From an uncultured Chloroflexia bacterium (GTDB lineage: Bacteria; Chloroflexota; Anaerolineae; CG2-30-64-16): DNA of 64,000 bases. This document shows positions 11,801 through 24,382 of the stretch, piece by piece. The notes beneath the pieces were generated by a model. That model did no database searches. It was not told the DNA's origin and saw only the letters and a program-made list of their open reading frames with translations. Each line of letters starts with the position of its first letter. Positions within the stretch are counted from its first letter, which is position 1. The position numbers and the translations under genes are program-made. The DNA lies in the NCBI GenBank assembly GCA_963810095.1, contig CAWEMM010000012.1:256001-320000 (forward strand). The letters are read 5' to 3'.

Positions 11801-12760
11801 ATGACGAGCATGCCGCTGGCGTTCAGCATCCTGGTCGCCGGGGCCGTGCTGCTGGGCTTCATCGGGCTTTGGCGCCTGACGCACCGCGAAGATGCCGTCG
11901 AGGCGCGCCTGCGGCAGTATGGCGGCGCCGGACCGCAGTCGGCGCCTGGCGCCGGCGGTGCAGCGCGGAGCGAAAGCGGTTCGGCGGCCTGAACCGGTCG
12001 CTCGGCCGCATGAGCCTGGGCGAGTCGATCGCCGACCGGCTGTCGCGCGCCGACCTGCCGCTGACGGTCGCCGAGTTCGTGCTGATCGGCTGCTCGTTGG
12101 CGGCGGGCTTGGCGCTGCTCGGCTGGCTGCGCGGCGGCGTCCTCTTGGCTGCGGTCCTGGGCATCGCCGGCTTGTTCCTGCCGCTCATCTACCTCAACAG
12201 CGCGGGCCAGCAAGCGCCGCGAGGCGTTCACCAGCCAACTGCCCGACGTCCTGACCCTGCTGGTCGGCGCGCTGCGCGCCGGGTACGGCGTGACCCAGGC
12301 CATCGACATGCTGGTCGACCGGATGGCCAAGCCGGCGTCGGTCGAGTTCGGCCGGGTGATGCGGGCCGTCAACCTGGGCATCCCGGTGAACCGGGCCTTG
12401 AACGACATGGCGGACCGGGCTGGCAGCGACGACCTCTACCTGATGGTGACTGCCATGAACGTCCAGGCCGAGTTGGGCGGCAACCTGGCCCAAATCCTGG
12501 AGACGATCACGGAGACGATCCGGGAGCGCATCCGCATCAAGCGCGAGATTCGGGTCCTGACGTCGCAGCAGCGCATGACCGGCTACCTGCTCGCCGCCTT
12601 GCCCATCGTCGTTCGGGCTCGTCATCTCGTTGATCAGCCCGGACTACCTCGCGCCGCTGTTCGAGCCCGGGATCGATGCGGCTCGTGCTGGTCGGCACGT
12701 GTGTTCATGATGATCGTCGGGTTCCTGGTCATCCGCAAGATCGTGGACATCGAGGTCTAG
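11801..12760 (+). CDS. tadB: TadB (T2SS F family) platform protein (frameshifted)
   Basis: FTSQLPDVL..ALRAGYG, ELGGNLAQILETITETIRERIRIKREIRVLTSQ, ends KIVDIEV. Confidence 0.92.
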
Positions 12761-12764
12761 CGCG

Positions 12765-13752
12765 ATGGACATCGCACGCGATCATCGAGCAGTTCGGGCC
12801 CTTGTGGTCGCCGGTGACCTTTGCGGCGCTCCTGGCGCCTGGCGACCGCGCTTCGCCTGGATGGCTTTCCGGCCGCCGCCCCCGCCGCGACGTCTCAGAC
12901 CGCCTCAACGACTACCTCGACCGCGGCGACATCGTCATCGAAGAGGACCTGCGCGCAGCCGTTCTTCCGCCGCGCCATCTGGCCGGCGCTACGCGGCGTG
13001 CTGCGCTTCCTGGGCCGGCTCCTGCCCAATCGGAACCTGGAGGCGACGCGGCAGAAGCTGCAGCAGGCGGGCAACCCGGGCGGGCTCAGCGCGCTCGACT
13101 TCTACGGCATTCGGGTGCTGGCCGTTCTGCTGCTTCGGCGGCCTGATCTTCTTCTTGAGCCTGCAGCAACCAGTCGCTGCTCCTGGCGCTGCGCAATGCG
13201 CTGTTGGGCTGCGTGTCTGGGCTTCCTGCTGCCCGTCTACTGGCTGCGGACCAAGGTCCGGCAGCCGCAAGAACAAGATCCTGCGCGCCCTGCCCGACGC
13301 CCTGGACATGCTGACGATCGGCGTGGAGGCAGGGCTGGCGTTCGAGTCGGCGATGATCCGGGTGGGCGAGAAGTGGGACAACGCGCTCACGCGCGAGTTC
13401 CAGCGAGCGGTGGCCGAGATGCGGGTGGGCATGAGCCGCGAGGATGCGCTGACGCGGATGGCCGAGCGGTGCGGCGTGCCCGAGCTGTCGACCTTCGTCG
13501 CCGTGCTGGTCCAGTCGAGCCAGCTCGGCGTCAGCATCGCCCAGGTGCTGCACACGCAGGCCGAGCGAGATGCGCCTGAAGCGGCGGCAGCGGGCCGAGG
13601 AACTGGCCCGCCAGGCGGGCATCAAGATGATCATCCCGCTGGCGCTGTTCGTGCTGCCGGCGCTGTTTATGGTCATCCTGGGCCCGATCGTTCCCGCGCT
13701 GCTGGACGTGTTCAGTGTTGTTGGCGGACGAGCCTGGGCGGCGCTCCCGTGA
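12765..13752 (+). CDS. tadC: TadC (T2SS F family) platform protein (frameshifted)
   Basis: ALPDALDMLTIGVEAGLAFESA, QLGVSIAQVL, RRQRAEELA..KMIIPLALFVLPALFMVILGP. Confidence 0.92.
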
Positions 13753-13796
13753 GGCAGAGACGTGAGTGCGATGAGCTGCGATATGAGGATGCGCGT

Positions 13797-15693
13797 ATGG
13801 AAGCTGATTTCGCGACACCCGGCTCGCGGCCGGGACGATCCGCTTTACGATGAAGGGCTGGCGCACGTGCAGGCCGGCGAATGGACCGCGGCGCTGCGCT
13901 GCTTCGAGACGCTGGCCGAGCGCTACCCGGGCGACGCGGATGTCGTCCGGAACCTGGACCAGACGCGGTTCCGCGCCCGGCTGGACAAGGAAACCAAGGT
14001 CAAGCCGAAGGGCGTTCACGATTCGCTGGGGCCGCGTCATCCGCCGCGTGCTGATCGTGGTGCTGCTGGCCGCACTGGCCTATGCGGTCGTTCTTGCTCG
14101 TCACGACGCAGATCGCCCCGCGCTCCAGCGCAAAGCGCGCGAGCGGAACGCGTTCCTGGCCCTGGTGAAGAACTGTAAGGACATGGCCGAGGGCGTCGAC
14201 TTCGCCGGCGCTCGCGCCGCCTGCCAGGCCGTGCTGCAGAAAGATCCGAACAACACGGATGCTCCGGCGCTCCTCCTCGTCATCGACAAGAAGGAGCAGG
14301 AGAAGAAGGCCTGCGACGAGGCCGAGGCGCTGCTGAATAAGGGCGACGACCAGGCCGCGCTCGACGCGTTCACCACGATCCAGCTCAAGAACCCCGGCGC
14401 CTGCAAGGCCGTCGAGCGCATCCAGGTCCTGAAGGACCGCCTGGACGTCGCCGGCGTCCTGAAGCTGTGCCGCGACGCCGCAGCCGCGGACAACTACGAG
14501 CAGGTGACTAACTTCTGCGAGCAGGTGCGAACGCGTAACACGACCCTCGAGGCCGAGGCCATCGCGGGCTACCTCCACAAGGCATACTTCGCGCTCGGCA
14601 AGGCGATGGTCGAGCAGAAGCCGCCCCAGCTCGAGCAGCTGCCGCTCGCCCTGGACGATTTCACCAAGGCGCTTTCATTTGCGCCAAACGACCCGGAGGC
14701 TCAGGCCGAACAGCGGCTGGCAAGCCAGTACCTGGCCGGCCAGCAGGCCCTGGAGGTGGGACGGCTCGACGACGCCATCGCCCGGCTCGCGCCGGTGGTC
14801 GAGCAGCGCCCGAAATACCTGGATGGGCTCGTCGTCCAACGTCTCTACGACGCCTACTTGCGCCGGGGCGACCAGTACCGCGACGCCGGCGACCCCAGCC
14901 TGGCGTACCACAACTATGACCTTGCGGCACGGCTGCCGGGCATCGATCCGGCCAGCGCGATCAACCGCCGCGACAGTGTCGCCGGCCTCCTGACACCGAC
15001 GCCCACGCCGACCAACACGCCGACGATCACGCCGATTCCGACTGCCACGCCCTACGTCCCGCCCAAGCCGACGCCGCTGCCCACGCCCCCGCCGCCGCTC
15101 GCAACCTTGCGAGGCAAGATCGTCTTCTTCTCGGCCAAGCCCGAGCAGGAGGGCATGTGGGTCATGAATCCGGACGGAACGGGGAAGCGCTACCTGGGGC
15201 CGGTTACCGAGCAAGATGCAGAAGGAATACGACGAGCTGCGCAAGAAGGAGACCTTCTCGCCCGACGGCCGGTTCCACGTGTACGCGCTGAAAGGCAACG
15301 GCGACGTGACCGTCCAGGTCTACTACCAGGGCAAGGACCGGGACGGCTACCTGGTGACCCAGCGGGTCACGAATTTCTCGCAAGATCTGCCTACGACCCG
15401 GTCTGGGCGCCCGATGGCAGCCGGATCGCATTCGTCAGCCCCGAGCAGGGCAGTGACGATATCTGGATCGATCTACCCCGACGGCACGGACGCGTGGAAC
15501 TACACGCAGACGAAGGACCGCGTGGGAGTGGGACAAGTGGCCCACCTGGTCGCCCGACTCTCGCCAGATCGCCTTCTGGTCGAACCGGGAAGGGACCAAG
15601 CAGCTTTACGTCATCGACGCCGACGGCCGCAACCTGAGAAAGATCAGCGGCGACGCGCCGTGGGACGAGTACAACCCGTTGTGGATCAAGTAG
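13797..15693 (+). CDS. Membrane-anchored TPR protein with PT-rich linker and C-terminal TolB/PD40 propeller (frameshifted)
   Basis: N-terminal TPR, one TM (VLIVVLLAALAYAVV), helical repeats, PTPTPTNTPT linker, DPVWAPDGSRIAFVS and PTWSPDSRQIAFWSNR repeats. Confidence 0.8.
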
Positions 15694-15837
15694 ATGAGGC
15701 CGTTCTTCCACGGAGACAGGAGAACCGAAGGCACAATGACGCAGCACCCTTCATTGAGCCCTTTGTGGACCTTTGAGGCTTGGCGTCTTCTTGTGAGCAT
15801 GGATGCACTGACCAGACCCTGATTGACGAGGTGAACC

Positions 15838-17193
<1,356 letters not shown>

Positions 17194-17202
17194 TCGTGAC
17201 CT

Positions 17203-17830
17203 GTTGTTGGGGGCCGTCGGGCCCCCCGCCATAGGGCTTGGATCCTTTACTTTTGTTGGGGGCCGTCGGGCCCCCAACGCCCCCGACAGGGGGCTGCGCC
17301 CCCTTGACCCCTAAAGGATCACGGGGATATGCGGTTTCTGCCGCAAAGCGTAGGCTGTGGTCGACGTGGGCGGGCCTCCCGGCAGCGGCTCCAATAAAAC
17401 TGATATTTCGGGACAGAGCCGCAGAAGGCCCCGGGTAGCCTGGACTTCCGACTCCTACCCGGGCTCACTATTGCCGAGCAGCGTACCTTTTTGGGGGTCT
17501 CGGGGGCGAAGCCCCTGAGGCGGCGGGGTGGCGGGGGCCAGCCGGCCTCCTGCCAGAAGAAACCAAGATGCGAAACGCTGGCGGGGGCCAGCCGGACCCT
17601 GCCAAAAGCGAAGGAAACCAGGAGCTCTGAGGGCGAACCCGCTCCAACGGCAGGCCGGCCTTCGATCCCGCACGAAATCGGCATTTGCGCCAAGCAAGCA
17701 GGCAACGCCGCCGTCGCCCGCAGCACCCGGGTCCTACCGGCGCACAACACCGCCAGGGGCGTAACCTTGGGGGGTCTTGGGGGCGCAGCCCCTAAGGCGG
17801 GGGTGTCGGGGGCGAGCCCGCCCCGCAACA
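17203..17830. repeat. Cluster of GC-rich palindromic REP-like units
   Basis: Direct repeat TGTTGGGGGCCGTCGGGCCCCC x2; units TTGGGGGTCTCGGGGGCGAAGCCCCTGA and GGCGGGGGCCAGCCGG shared with 23150-24000. Confidence 0.75.
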
Positions 17831-17869
17831 CAGGAAAAGGATCAGCGATGCCGACAGTACTAGGAAACC

Positions 17870-18912
17870 ATGCCACAACCACTAACCGCGCTGCAGCTCG
17901 AAGCCACCGGCCCGGCCACCCTGGCCGAGGTCATGGAGGAGGTCGAGTTCCAGGCGCAGAACGGCAAAGCCGAACGCCTGCGTCCCATCCCGACCGGCTT
18001 CACGCCGCTCGACGACATCCTCAACGGCGGCCTGCGTTCGGGCGAGCTCATGATGGTCGGCGGCACCTTCGGCGTCGGCAAGACCATCTGGGCCCTCCAG
18101 GTGGCCCGCAATGCCGTGGTGAACGACGCGACCGCCCACCGCGCTGTACATCTGCTATGAGCACGACCGGCCCCATCTGCTGTCCCGCCTGCTCTGCATG
18201 GAGAGCGCCGAGCGCGGCTATCGCGAGGACGCACTCACGCTCAAGAAGCTGGCAGACCTCACCCTGTCGTCGCAGGGCGGAACCGGCGGCCTGATCGCCC
18301 GCCTGCGCAAGGTGCCGCGCTACGCGCCGATCATGCAGGCGCTCGACTCCTACGGTGACCGCCTGATCCTCGCCAAGGCGAGCGGCGACCACACCGGCCT
18401 CGACCAGGTGCGCACGTGGGTGCAGGATGAGGTGGCCGCCGGCGCCACCCGGCTGCTGGTCGTCGTCGACTACCTGCAGAAGATCCCGGTGCGTCTCAAC
18501 ACCCTCGAGCCCGAGACCGAAGTCACCACTTATCTGACCCAGGGCCTGAAAGAAATGGCCATGGCCCTGGGCGTGCAGGTGCTCGCGATCGCCGCGTCCG
18601 ACCGGATCGGCCTGAAGTCGAAGCGCATGCGGCTGGCCGATCTGCGCGGGCAGCTCCGCGCTCCAGTACGAGGCCGATATCGGCTTGATCATGAATAACA
18701 AATACACCATCATCAGTCGCGAACACATGGTGTATAATGTGTCACAAGCAGATGCGATGCGTGGCTGGGTAGTCATGAGCGTGGAGAAGAACCGGGCCGG
18801 CCGCAACGCGGTCGACATGGAATTCCAGCTCGACGCGTCGCACTTCCGGATGGTATCGAAGGGCGACTTCGTCCGCGAGCGTCTGGTGGACGAAAAGGTC
18901 GTCCTGGAGTAG
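17870..18912 (+). CDS. DnaB-like SF4/RecA-fold ATPase, C-terminal domain only (frameshifted)
   Basis: IPTGFTPLDDILNGGLRSGELMMVGGTFGVGKT, CYEH, VVDYLQ, LKEMA, DLRG(S)SALQYEAD, EKNRAG; about 345 aa with no DnaB N-terminal domain. Confidence 0.85.
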
Positions 18913-18923
18913 TCGCCGCCTTG

Positions 18924-18981
18924 GCATCCTGAGCGAAGGGCTGGGCGTCGCCTGGGCGACGCCCGCACGCAGTCGAAGGAT
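18924..18981 (+). repeat. Palindromic repeat family GCATCCTGAGCG-(hairpin)-CGCAGTCGAAGGA
   Basis: Same ends at 25789-25840 (reverse), 25852-25901, 26452-26497 and 34896-34946. Confidence 0.85.
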
Positions 18982-19003
18982 CGCCCACGGAGAGCGACAT
19001 CAC

Positions 19004-20803
19004 ATGGCCGAATTGCTCGCAGCTGAGGGATGGGTCAAGGCAGGCTCGGCAGGGTCATACCTGAGAGAAAACCTGCCCAGCGACTACATCGTCGTGGCAG
19101 ACGCGCGCGCGTGTCAGGCCAATCGCTGGCCGCTGCGGTCGTCGGCCACGGCGCGCTCTTCCTCATCGAAGACCTCAACGCGGAGCCGGGCGAGGCCGCG
19201 GCTTTGCCCGCGTCCGGTGGCAAGAACGGGCACGGTCCGGTGGGCGCAGCCGAAAACTTCCTCAAGGACGAATTCCCGGCGCTCAAGCTGTTCCTCATGG
19301 CCGTGCGCGGCGCGCGCGACTGGGCCGAGGGCCCCGTGACCTGGCGGGTTTCTGAACCGCTGGAGTGGGCGGATCAGCCGCTGGCCGACGTGATCGTGGC
19401 CGCCGACAAGGAAGTCGTCGCATCGCTCGACGACGACCAGCGCGAGGAGCTGGCCATCGGGCTCCGCGACCGGCAGCTGACCGCCACCCAGGCCGCCAGC
19501 AAGCCGTTCATGTTCCCCTCCGGCGGCGCATTTCGCACGGGCACCCGCGTCACCAGCGTCCGCCAGGCGATCGACCACATGGACCGCTACCCCTCAGACG
19601 GCGCGCAGGTGCTCCGCGATGGCACGCTGGCAGCCTGGTTCGAGGACGAAGGCGCGCACCATCTCGCGGGCCTGGCCCGGGATGTGACCCGCCAGTCGAA
19701 GACCGACACTCGCATCATGCTCGAGACCTTCCTCCTCGGCACCGGCCTGGTCGAGCGTCCCCGCCTGGTAACCCGGCCCGCCCGGGTGGAGCTTGGGCTG
19801 GTCGTCCAGGGGCAGAAGGTGGCGCACCGGCTCCGGCTTGAGAACGGAGCGCGGCAGCCGGGGCTTCCTCTTCGGCAGCGTCACGGCGTGCGGCCCGTGG
19901 TTGCGGGTGGAGCCGCGGGAGTTCGCCGGGCACGCCGGTCGAGTTAGTGGTCACGGCCGAAACCGGCGCCCTGCCGATTTCGTCCGCATCCTACCTCTCA
20001 GACGTCGAGATCAGCTGCAGCGGGAGCGTCGAGCCGGTCTGCGTGCCCGTCACCGTGTCCGTCGTCGCAGCGCCGCCCGGGTTCATCCGCCTCGGCGTCC
20101 GGCCGCTGGCCGGGTTTCTGCTCGGCGCCCTGCTCGGCGCGTTGATCGCGCTGCTTTGGCGGGCCACGGGTCTCGTCGGCGACCACAACCTGCTCCTCTG
20201 GACGACCGCGCTGGCCGCCGTGTGGGGGCTGGCGGGCGGGGTCCGTGCCTTGCGCCAGCCGGGAGCCTGGCCGACCCGTGTCGCTCTGCCCCGTTGGCTG
20301 CTTAAGGTGCTCGCATGGAGCGCCGGCCTCGCCCTCCTGGCCGCGGTGATCATGGAAGCGTGGCGTCTTGGGCTGGGCGGTGGGCTTGAGTTCGAGGGAG
20401 TGTCGCTGGCAGCCGCGGCAGCAGCCGGCGCGGCATTCGGTTTCGCGGCCGCCACCCTCGACGAGCTTGCGCACAGCCGGCATGCGTCCGACCCCGGCTA
20501 CGTGCACGGCAAGCGCTCCAGCCGGCGGCCGGTGCTCTTCGCCGTGGCAGGCATCGTGCTGGTGCTGGCCGCACTGCTCACCCCCCGGGTGATTGCGACC
20601 GCAGGTGAACCGGAGCGAGGTGCAGGCCGAGGCGGCGCCCGGCCCGGAACTGGGCTGAGGCCCGCTGGAACGAGCTGACGATCGATGGACAAGCTGATCT
20701 ACAGCCTGACGCTCAGTACGACCAGAAGGAGCCCGGGGTCGTCGGGCCAGCCCACGCCCGGCCCGCTGATAAGCTCCCCGAGCGGCAGAAGCTGGATCAC
20801 TGA
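19004..20803 (+). CDS. Multidomain membrane protein: degenerate NERD-like N-terminus, helical domain, Ig/BACON-like domain, ~5 TMs (frameshifted)
   Basis: YLRENLPSDYIVVAD..AAVVGHGALFLIED resembles NERD; GRGFLFGSV..PWLRVEP..VPVTVSV is Ig-like; hydrophobic C-terminus; end approximate. Confidence 0.55.
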
Positions 20804-20822
20804 TGTGCGGCGGGAGGAACGT

Positions 20823-21218
20823 ATGAGGCGAGCTGAACGGGGGGCGAACTGGTCGAGTTCGCGATCGTCGTGCCGCTGCTTGATCCTGTGATCTGCGGGA
20901 TCGTCGATGTCGGCAGCGCTTCTACGGGTACATCGTGGTCGACGAATGCGGTGGGCGAGGGAGCACGGTACGGCGCACGTGGCCGGACGACACTGCGGGA
21001 ATTATCCAGCGGGTGAAGGACGAGATGGGGAACAGCAGGTGCGCTTCTTTGCCACCTGTAGAGACGCCCCGATGAGCAAGCCGGCGGTCAGCTCGAGGAG
21101 CATTCGAGGTCAGCGTCATGTGCAAGTTCGAACCCATAACACCGTTCATTGCGGCTTTGGGACCGGAGGACAGTTGACGATTTCCAAGCACGGCAGCGAA
21201 TATCAGGGCATCTCATAG
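20823..21218 (+). CDS. tadE: Second TadE-like minor pilin (heavily frameshifted)
   Basis: Reconstructed MRRAERG^ANLVEFAIVVPLL..GIVDVG..TNA.REGARYG. Confidence 0.7.
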
Positions 21219-21282
21219 CTCCTGCTGTCAATGGGCAGCTCCGGGACGTTCTGCGAAGGGCGGAAGGAGAGAGAAAGATGAT

Positions 21283-22320
21283 ATGCATTGCGGCGAATCC
21301 GGGCAGACTCTGGTGCTGGTAGCAGTGTTGCTCGTCGTCCTTTTGGGCTTTACCGCTCTCGCCATCGATGTGGGGAGCCTATACGGAGAGCGGCGGCGCA
21401 TGCAGAACGCGGCCGACGGGGCTGCTCTTGCAGGGCGCAGAAGAATTGTGTCTGGGCAAAGGCGGAAGTGCGCGATAGCCATGGCGAACAGACTATGCCA
21501 CAACGAACGGGGCGACAGTGGGCAACCCCTGTTCCACTCCAATCGGAAGTAGCAACCTGTCTCCATCACGGTTACCACCGGGAAGACCTCTGGCACGTTC
21601 CTCGGGGCGGTTCGGCCCAACGTCGGCAGAGGTAGCAGCGGTCGCGTCGGCAAGATGTGAAGCGCCTGGCACTGGCATCCCAACGTTCCCGATGACGATC
21701 AAGCATCAACAGTATCAAGGATCTTCAGTGCGGCGACACCGAGTTAATCACGGTCGAGAATGCACCTGTCATGTCCCCCTGCCCCAGCTCATGCGACTGT
21801 GACCATGTCTTCACGGGTCAATCACACCGACACGAACTCGGAGCGCGGACTGGTTCGAAGCGTCGAACATCTGCGGGACAGGAACCGAGGTCCGACTGCC
21901 AGCATTAAAGACGCCATGCCGTGGGGTAGCTGGCAAAATGACCGGTATTCACGTCGGGAGTTGCCTTGATCCAAAAACCGGAGCGACACGGGCACGTCGG
22001 GGCAACGGAAAGGGCAAGGACCTGAGGATTGGCTCGACCTTCAGACAGGCGACACCGCGAAGGTTGTCTTCCCGCTGTTCGACCAATTTAACAACTCCTG
22101 TGGCTCGGGTTGCTTGGCATACAGGGTGAGCGGTTTTGCTTGTGTCGATCTTGACCTCTCAACTGCCAGATACGACCGAAGACTGTGCCAGCCGCAGCGA
22201 GCAAGGTTGACCGGGCCTCAAACAGCAGACGACGAGCGGCGATCGCGCAAGTTAGACCGGGCTCAGCGGCGGAAATCCCCGGGGGACGGGACGATCTCAC
22301 GCCGCCCAGATACCGTATAA
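21283..22320 (+). CDS. tadG: TadG-like pseudopilin (heavily frameshifted, end uncertain)
   Basis: ESG^QTLVLVAVLLVVLLGFTALAIDVGSLYGERRRMQNAADGAALAG. Confidence 0.75.
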
Positions 22321-22386
22321 TGAGTGTCCAGCTGATCGCCTGGCGCTGTTGCCGCCTCAGCGGCGTCTTCACCGGGGAGAAGCGGC

Positions 22387-23041
22387 ATGGCAGCAGATAT
22401 CCTACAGAAGGGGCGAACGGCCGCGGCACTCCAGCGGGCGAGCGGCGTTTCCGGTCATCCAAGTACGCTCACCCTTCCCTGGTACTTCTTCACCAAGGGC
22501 CGCTGCCCGCACTGTGGCGAGCAGCGGCCTCTTCGCGCCCCGCTCCTCGAACTGGCGGTGATCGCCGCGTTCGTCTTCATTGCGTGGCGCTTTTGGCCCG
22601 ACCCCGTTCGGCGATCGCGTCGCTCTACTGGGCCTACGCCTGGTTCCTGCTGACCGTGCTGGTCATCGACCTGGAGCACCGGCTGGTGCTGAACGTGATG
22701 ACCCTGCCCGCCGCCGTCATCGCCCTGGCCGCCAGCTTCCTCCCGGCGCGCCCACGCCGGTCGAGGCGCTGATCGGCGGTGCGGGCGCATTCGTCGTCTT
22801 CTTCCTCATCGCCCTGATCGGCCGGGGTGCGATGGGCATGGGCGACGTCAAGCTGGCCGGCGTGATCGGCCTCATGCTCGGCTATCCGCTCGTGGTGCCC
22901 GCCCTGCTCGCCGGGATCCTGCTCGGCGGCCTCGCGGCCGCCCTCCTGCTCATCACCCGTCGCGCCACCCGTAAAACCGCCATCGCCTACGCGCCCTACC
23001 TCTGCGCCGGCGCGCTCGCGATCCTGGTGTTGATGAAGTAG
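22387..23041 (+). CDS. A24 prepilin peptidase with N-terminal Zn-binding remnant (frameshifted)
   Basis: GRCPHCG, IDLEHRLVLN, GMGDVKL, IAYAPYL. Confidence 0.88.
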
Positions 23042-23149
23042 TAGGCCCGACCGCGGCGGTCCGGCCCGCAGTGGACCTGCGTTTCATGCGCATCGCGCCA
23101 CGAACGCCCCCTACGGCGACGCGACCCCCTCTTTATGGGCATTAACCTG

Positions 23150-24000
23150 GCGAAGGGCGTAACCTTTGGGGGTTTCGGGGGCGAAGCCCCTGAAGCGGGG
23201 GCGTTGGGGGCAAGCTTGCCCCCAACAATCTAAACCCGCTCGGCTACACACCGCGATTCTGTGGCTCGCGAGATGTGCAAGGCCCGCCTCGCCGACGACC
23301 AGCGTTCTGTGTGCAACGTCCGGCCAGCGCCCCCCGGTGACGATGCGATCCCGCTCTTGACGGCGGTCAACCTCGCTAGGGGCGTCGCGATTGGGGGTCT
23401 CGGGGGCCAGCCGGCCCCCGCCGAAAGAAACCTGCGGCGAGGGTGGCAGGGGCGAGCCTGTCCTCCGCCACGCACGAGACCAGCATTCGTGCCAGGCCAT
23501 TACAGCAACGCCACCGGCGCCAGCACACCTGGCGCCCACGACGGCTCAGCACCGCCAGGAGCGTGCCCTTTGGGGGTTGCGGGGACGAGCCGGCCTCCGC
23601 CGCAAGCAACCCTGAGGCGAGGGTAGCAGGGACGAGCCTGCCCTCCGCCTCGCACGAGACCAGCATTCGTGCCAGGCCATTACAGCAACGCCACCGGCGC
23701 CAGCACACCTGGCGCCCAGTGCGACTCAGCACCGCCAGGAGCGTGCCCTTTGGGGGTCTCGGGGCGCGAAGCCCCTGAGGCGAGGGTGGCAGGGCCGAGC
23801 CTGCCCTCAGTCCTCGCACGAGAACGGCATTCGTGCCGGGCCATTACAGCAACGCCACCGGCGCCAGCACACCTGGCGCCTACGACGGCTCAGCACCGCC
23901 AGGAGCGTGCCCTTTGGGGGTCTCGGGGGCGTGCCGCCGCAGCGGGTTGCCCCTTGAGGCGGGGGTGGCGGGGGCCAGCCGGTCCCCGCCGAAAAAAACA
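23150..24000. repeat. Mosaic array: REP-like hairpins interleaved with three near-identical ~105-bp units
   Basis: Core CGCACGAGACCAGCATTCGTGCC...GGCGCCAGCACACCTGGCGCC...GCACCGCCAGGAGCGTGCCCTTTGGGGG starts at 23471, 23651 and 23815. Confidence 0.9.
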
Positions 24001-24015
24001 ATTCCGGAGCACACC

Positions 24016-24382
24016 ATGACGCCACCAAGCAAAACCTACCAACTCGTCAACACCACGAACGGCACGACGGTCGCCCAGACAACCCGCCTCGCCGACAACC
24101 CCTGGACCAGCTTCAAGGGGCTGATGGGCGCCGCGCCCCTGCCCGCCGGGCGAGGCCCTCCTCATCACCCCCTCCTCCTCCATCCACACCCACTTCATGC
24201 GCTTCGCCATTGACGTTCTTTATGTCAATAAAGACGACATGATCGTCGGCATCGACCGCGACCTGAAGCCCTGGCGCTTCGGCCACTTCTACAAGGGCGT
24301 CAAATACGTCGTCGAAATGTCCTCCGGCGGCGCCAAAGACTGCCAGGTCGGCGACAGGATCGAGCGAAAGTCTCTGGACTAA
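24016..24382 (+). CDS. DUF192 domain protein (one frameshift)
   Basis: ADNPWTSFKGLMG..GEGLLI..SIHTHFMRFAIDVLYV..LKPWR..VVEM. Confidence 0.88.

Noticed and set aside
17870-18912. Replicative dnaB or prophage marker
   Set aside because: No N-terminal domain, atypical Walker A context, and no primase, integrase or phage genes nearby.
23436-24000. CRISPR array
   Set aside because: Units are over 100 bp with hairpin linkers rather than unique spacers, and there are no cas genes in the window.
23261-24019. Repeat-encoded ORFs (PGHYSNATGASTPG...)
   Set aside because: They are translations of the DNA repeat in several frames, with no clear RBS or domain.
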